A DNA stretch of 63,560 bases, filler included, from Octopus bimaculoides (Eukaryota), in assembly GCF_001194135.2 (NCBI RefSeq). It is 6 parts of 5 records of this genome, joined end to end, with 100 filler letters (N's around TTAATTAATTAA, not from the genome) between each part and the next. Parts side by side here need not be neighbours in the genome. Positions count along the whole stretch, not along the records: positions 62,443 to 63,560 come from NW_026431515.1; 5 more parts are not named here. One strand, 5' to 3'. Both the position numbers and the translations under genes were made by a program. Positions 62,700 through 63,560 of the stretch are shown here, piece after piece. Each line of letters starts with the position of its first letter. The first letter of the stretch is position 1. The notes under the pieces are model-generated. The model made no database searches. It saw only the letters and a list, made by a program, of their open reading frames with translations, and was not told where the DNA came from.

Positions 62700-63560
62700 A
62701 GAATTTTGAGATCATAATCAAGGGTATATCCATCAGAATATCCGATCTATCTGCCAATGAATCTTCAATAACTGCGCCAACTACTATAACCAAGCTGTAG
62801 CTACTAGTGGTATCTCTCGGAAGATTAGACTTATACCAAACACTAGACTTAAGGAACACCCCTCGAAACTTAGCTCTGGACAAACGTACGCATATATTAA
62901 AAGTCCAATCCTTCCTACTGCGTTCAGTCAATCTCGCCCGCCTAGCAGCCGCACTCATAACACTCGATCTACAAACACTAATACTAACATTACACCTTCC
63001 AACTCTCCTCAAACATTCACCAGGAATTACATCTCCCCTAATTGCCTAATAAAAGCGGCGGAAGATCTATTCTCTGGTATATACCTCCATTCGCTTTAAA
63101 CGTTAAGGGCCTCACTAAAGCTTTCTTTACAATAGTAGAATCCAGTTTCCCACGTAACCATAAGTACCATTCTATCTTTAACAGATCTATTTTGAAATTA
63201 TCCTATTCATCTACACCAAATAGAGAATCTATTATCACTTCATCTAATAAACGTAAACTTAACTCCTACTATCTAAATACATACAACCCTACCATAGACC
63301 TACACAATAAAAACGCTAAATACCAATCGCAATAACGTATCTAACACCCCTGGCCCGACCACTTTAAACAACTTAAACATAAATAATATAATCCCCACTT
63401 CTGATGGTAATGGCCGCACACCTGAAATCGACGCAAACACTAATAGGCACACTGATACTACGAATACTAATTATATTATAACAGATACAACTAATAATAC
63501 CTATACTTCAACTACGAAAAGGAATAGCAATGATATTAATACTAACATCAACGGCAATAT
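62700..63560 (+). mobile_element. Penelope-like element relic: RT thumb, linker and Asn/Thr-rich tract (runs off window)
   Basis: ISIRISDLSANESS, ILWYIPPFALNVK, FFTIVESSFPRNHKYHSIFNRSILKLSYSSTPN. Confidence 0.75.

Overview
This is a fragment of an AT-rich, microsatellite-laden eukaryotic scaffold with many N gaps. The SINE families are characteristic of coleoid cephalopods, most likely Octopus (inference). Most ORF-track entries are translated microsatellites or N runs. Reading splice signals by hand gives three spliced genes. (1) A complete 5-exon selenoprotein K (SELENOK) on + (CDS 19447-24746, 89 aa) with an in-frame UGA (Sec) third from the C-terminus, a 19-nt microexon and a candidate SECIS. 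(2) A divergently transcribed secreted chitin-binding protein on - with a signal peptide and at least two CBM14/peritrophin-A modules, the second running into a gap. (3) A - strand gene whose last exon encodes an unrecognised 14-cysteine domain, with a probable signal-peptide exon. There is also a degenerate tRNA-Val(CAC). The rest is a layered mix of SINEs, RTE, R4/Dong, CR1/L2 and Penelope-like retroelement relics, Tc1 and maT/mariner transposase relics, Helitron pieces (including a 91-bp mini-Helitron), hAT- and piggyBac-type MITEs, and mini/microsatellites. Family names for repeats come from motif recognition, not database searches. Boundaries of repeat features are approximate.
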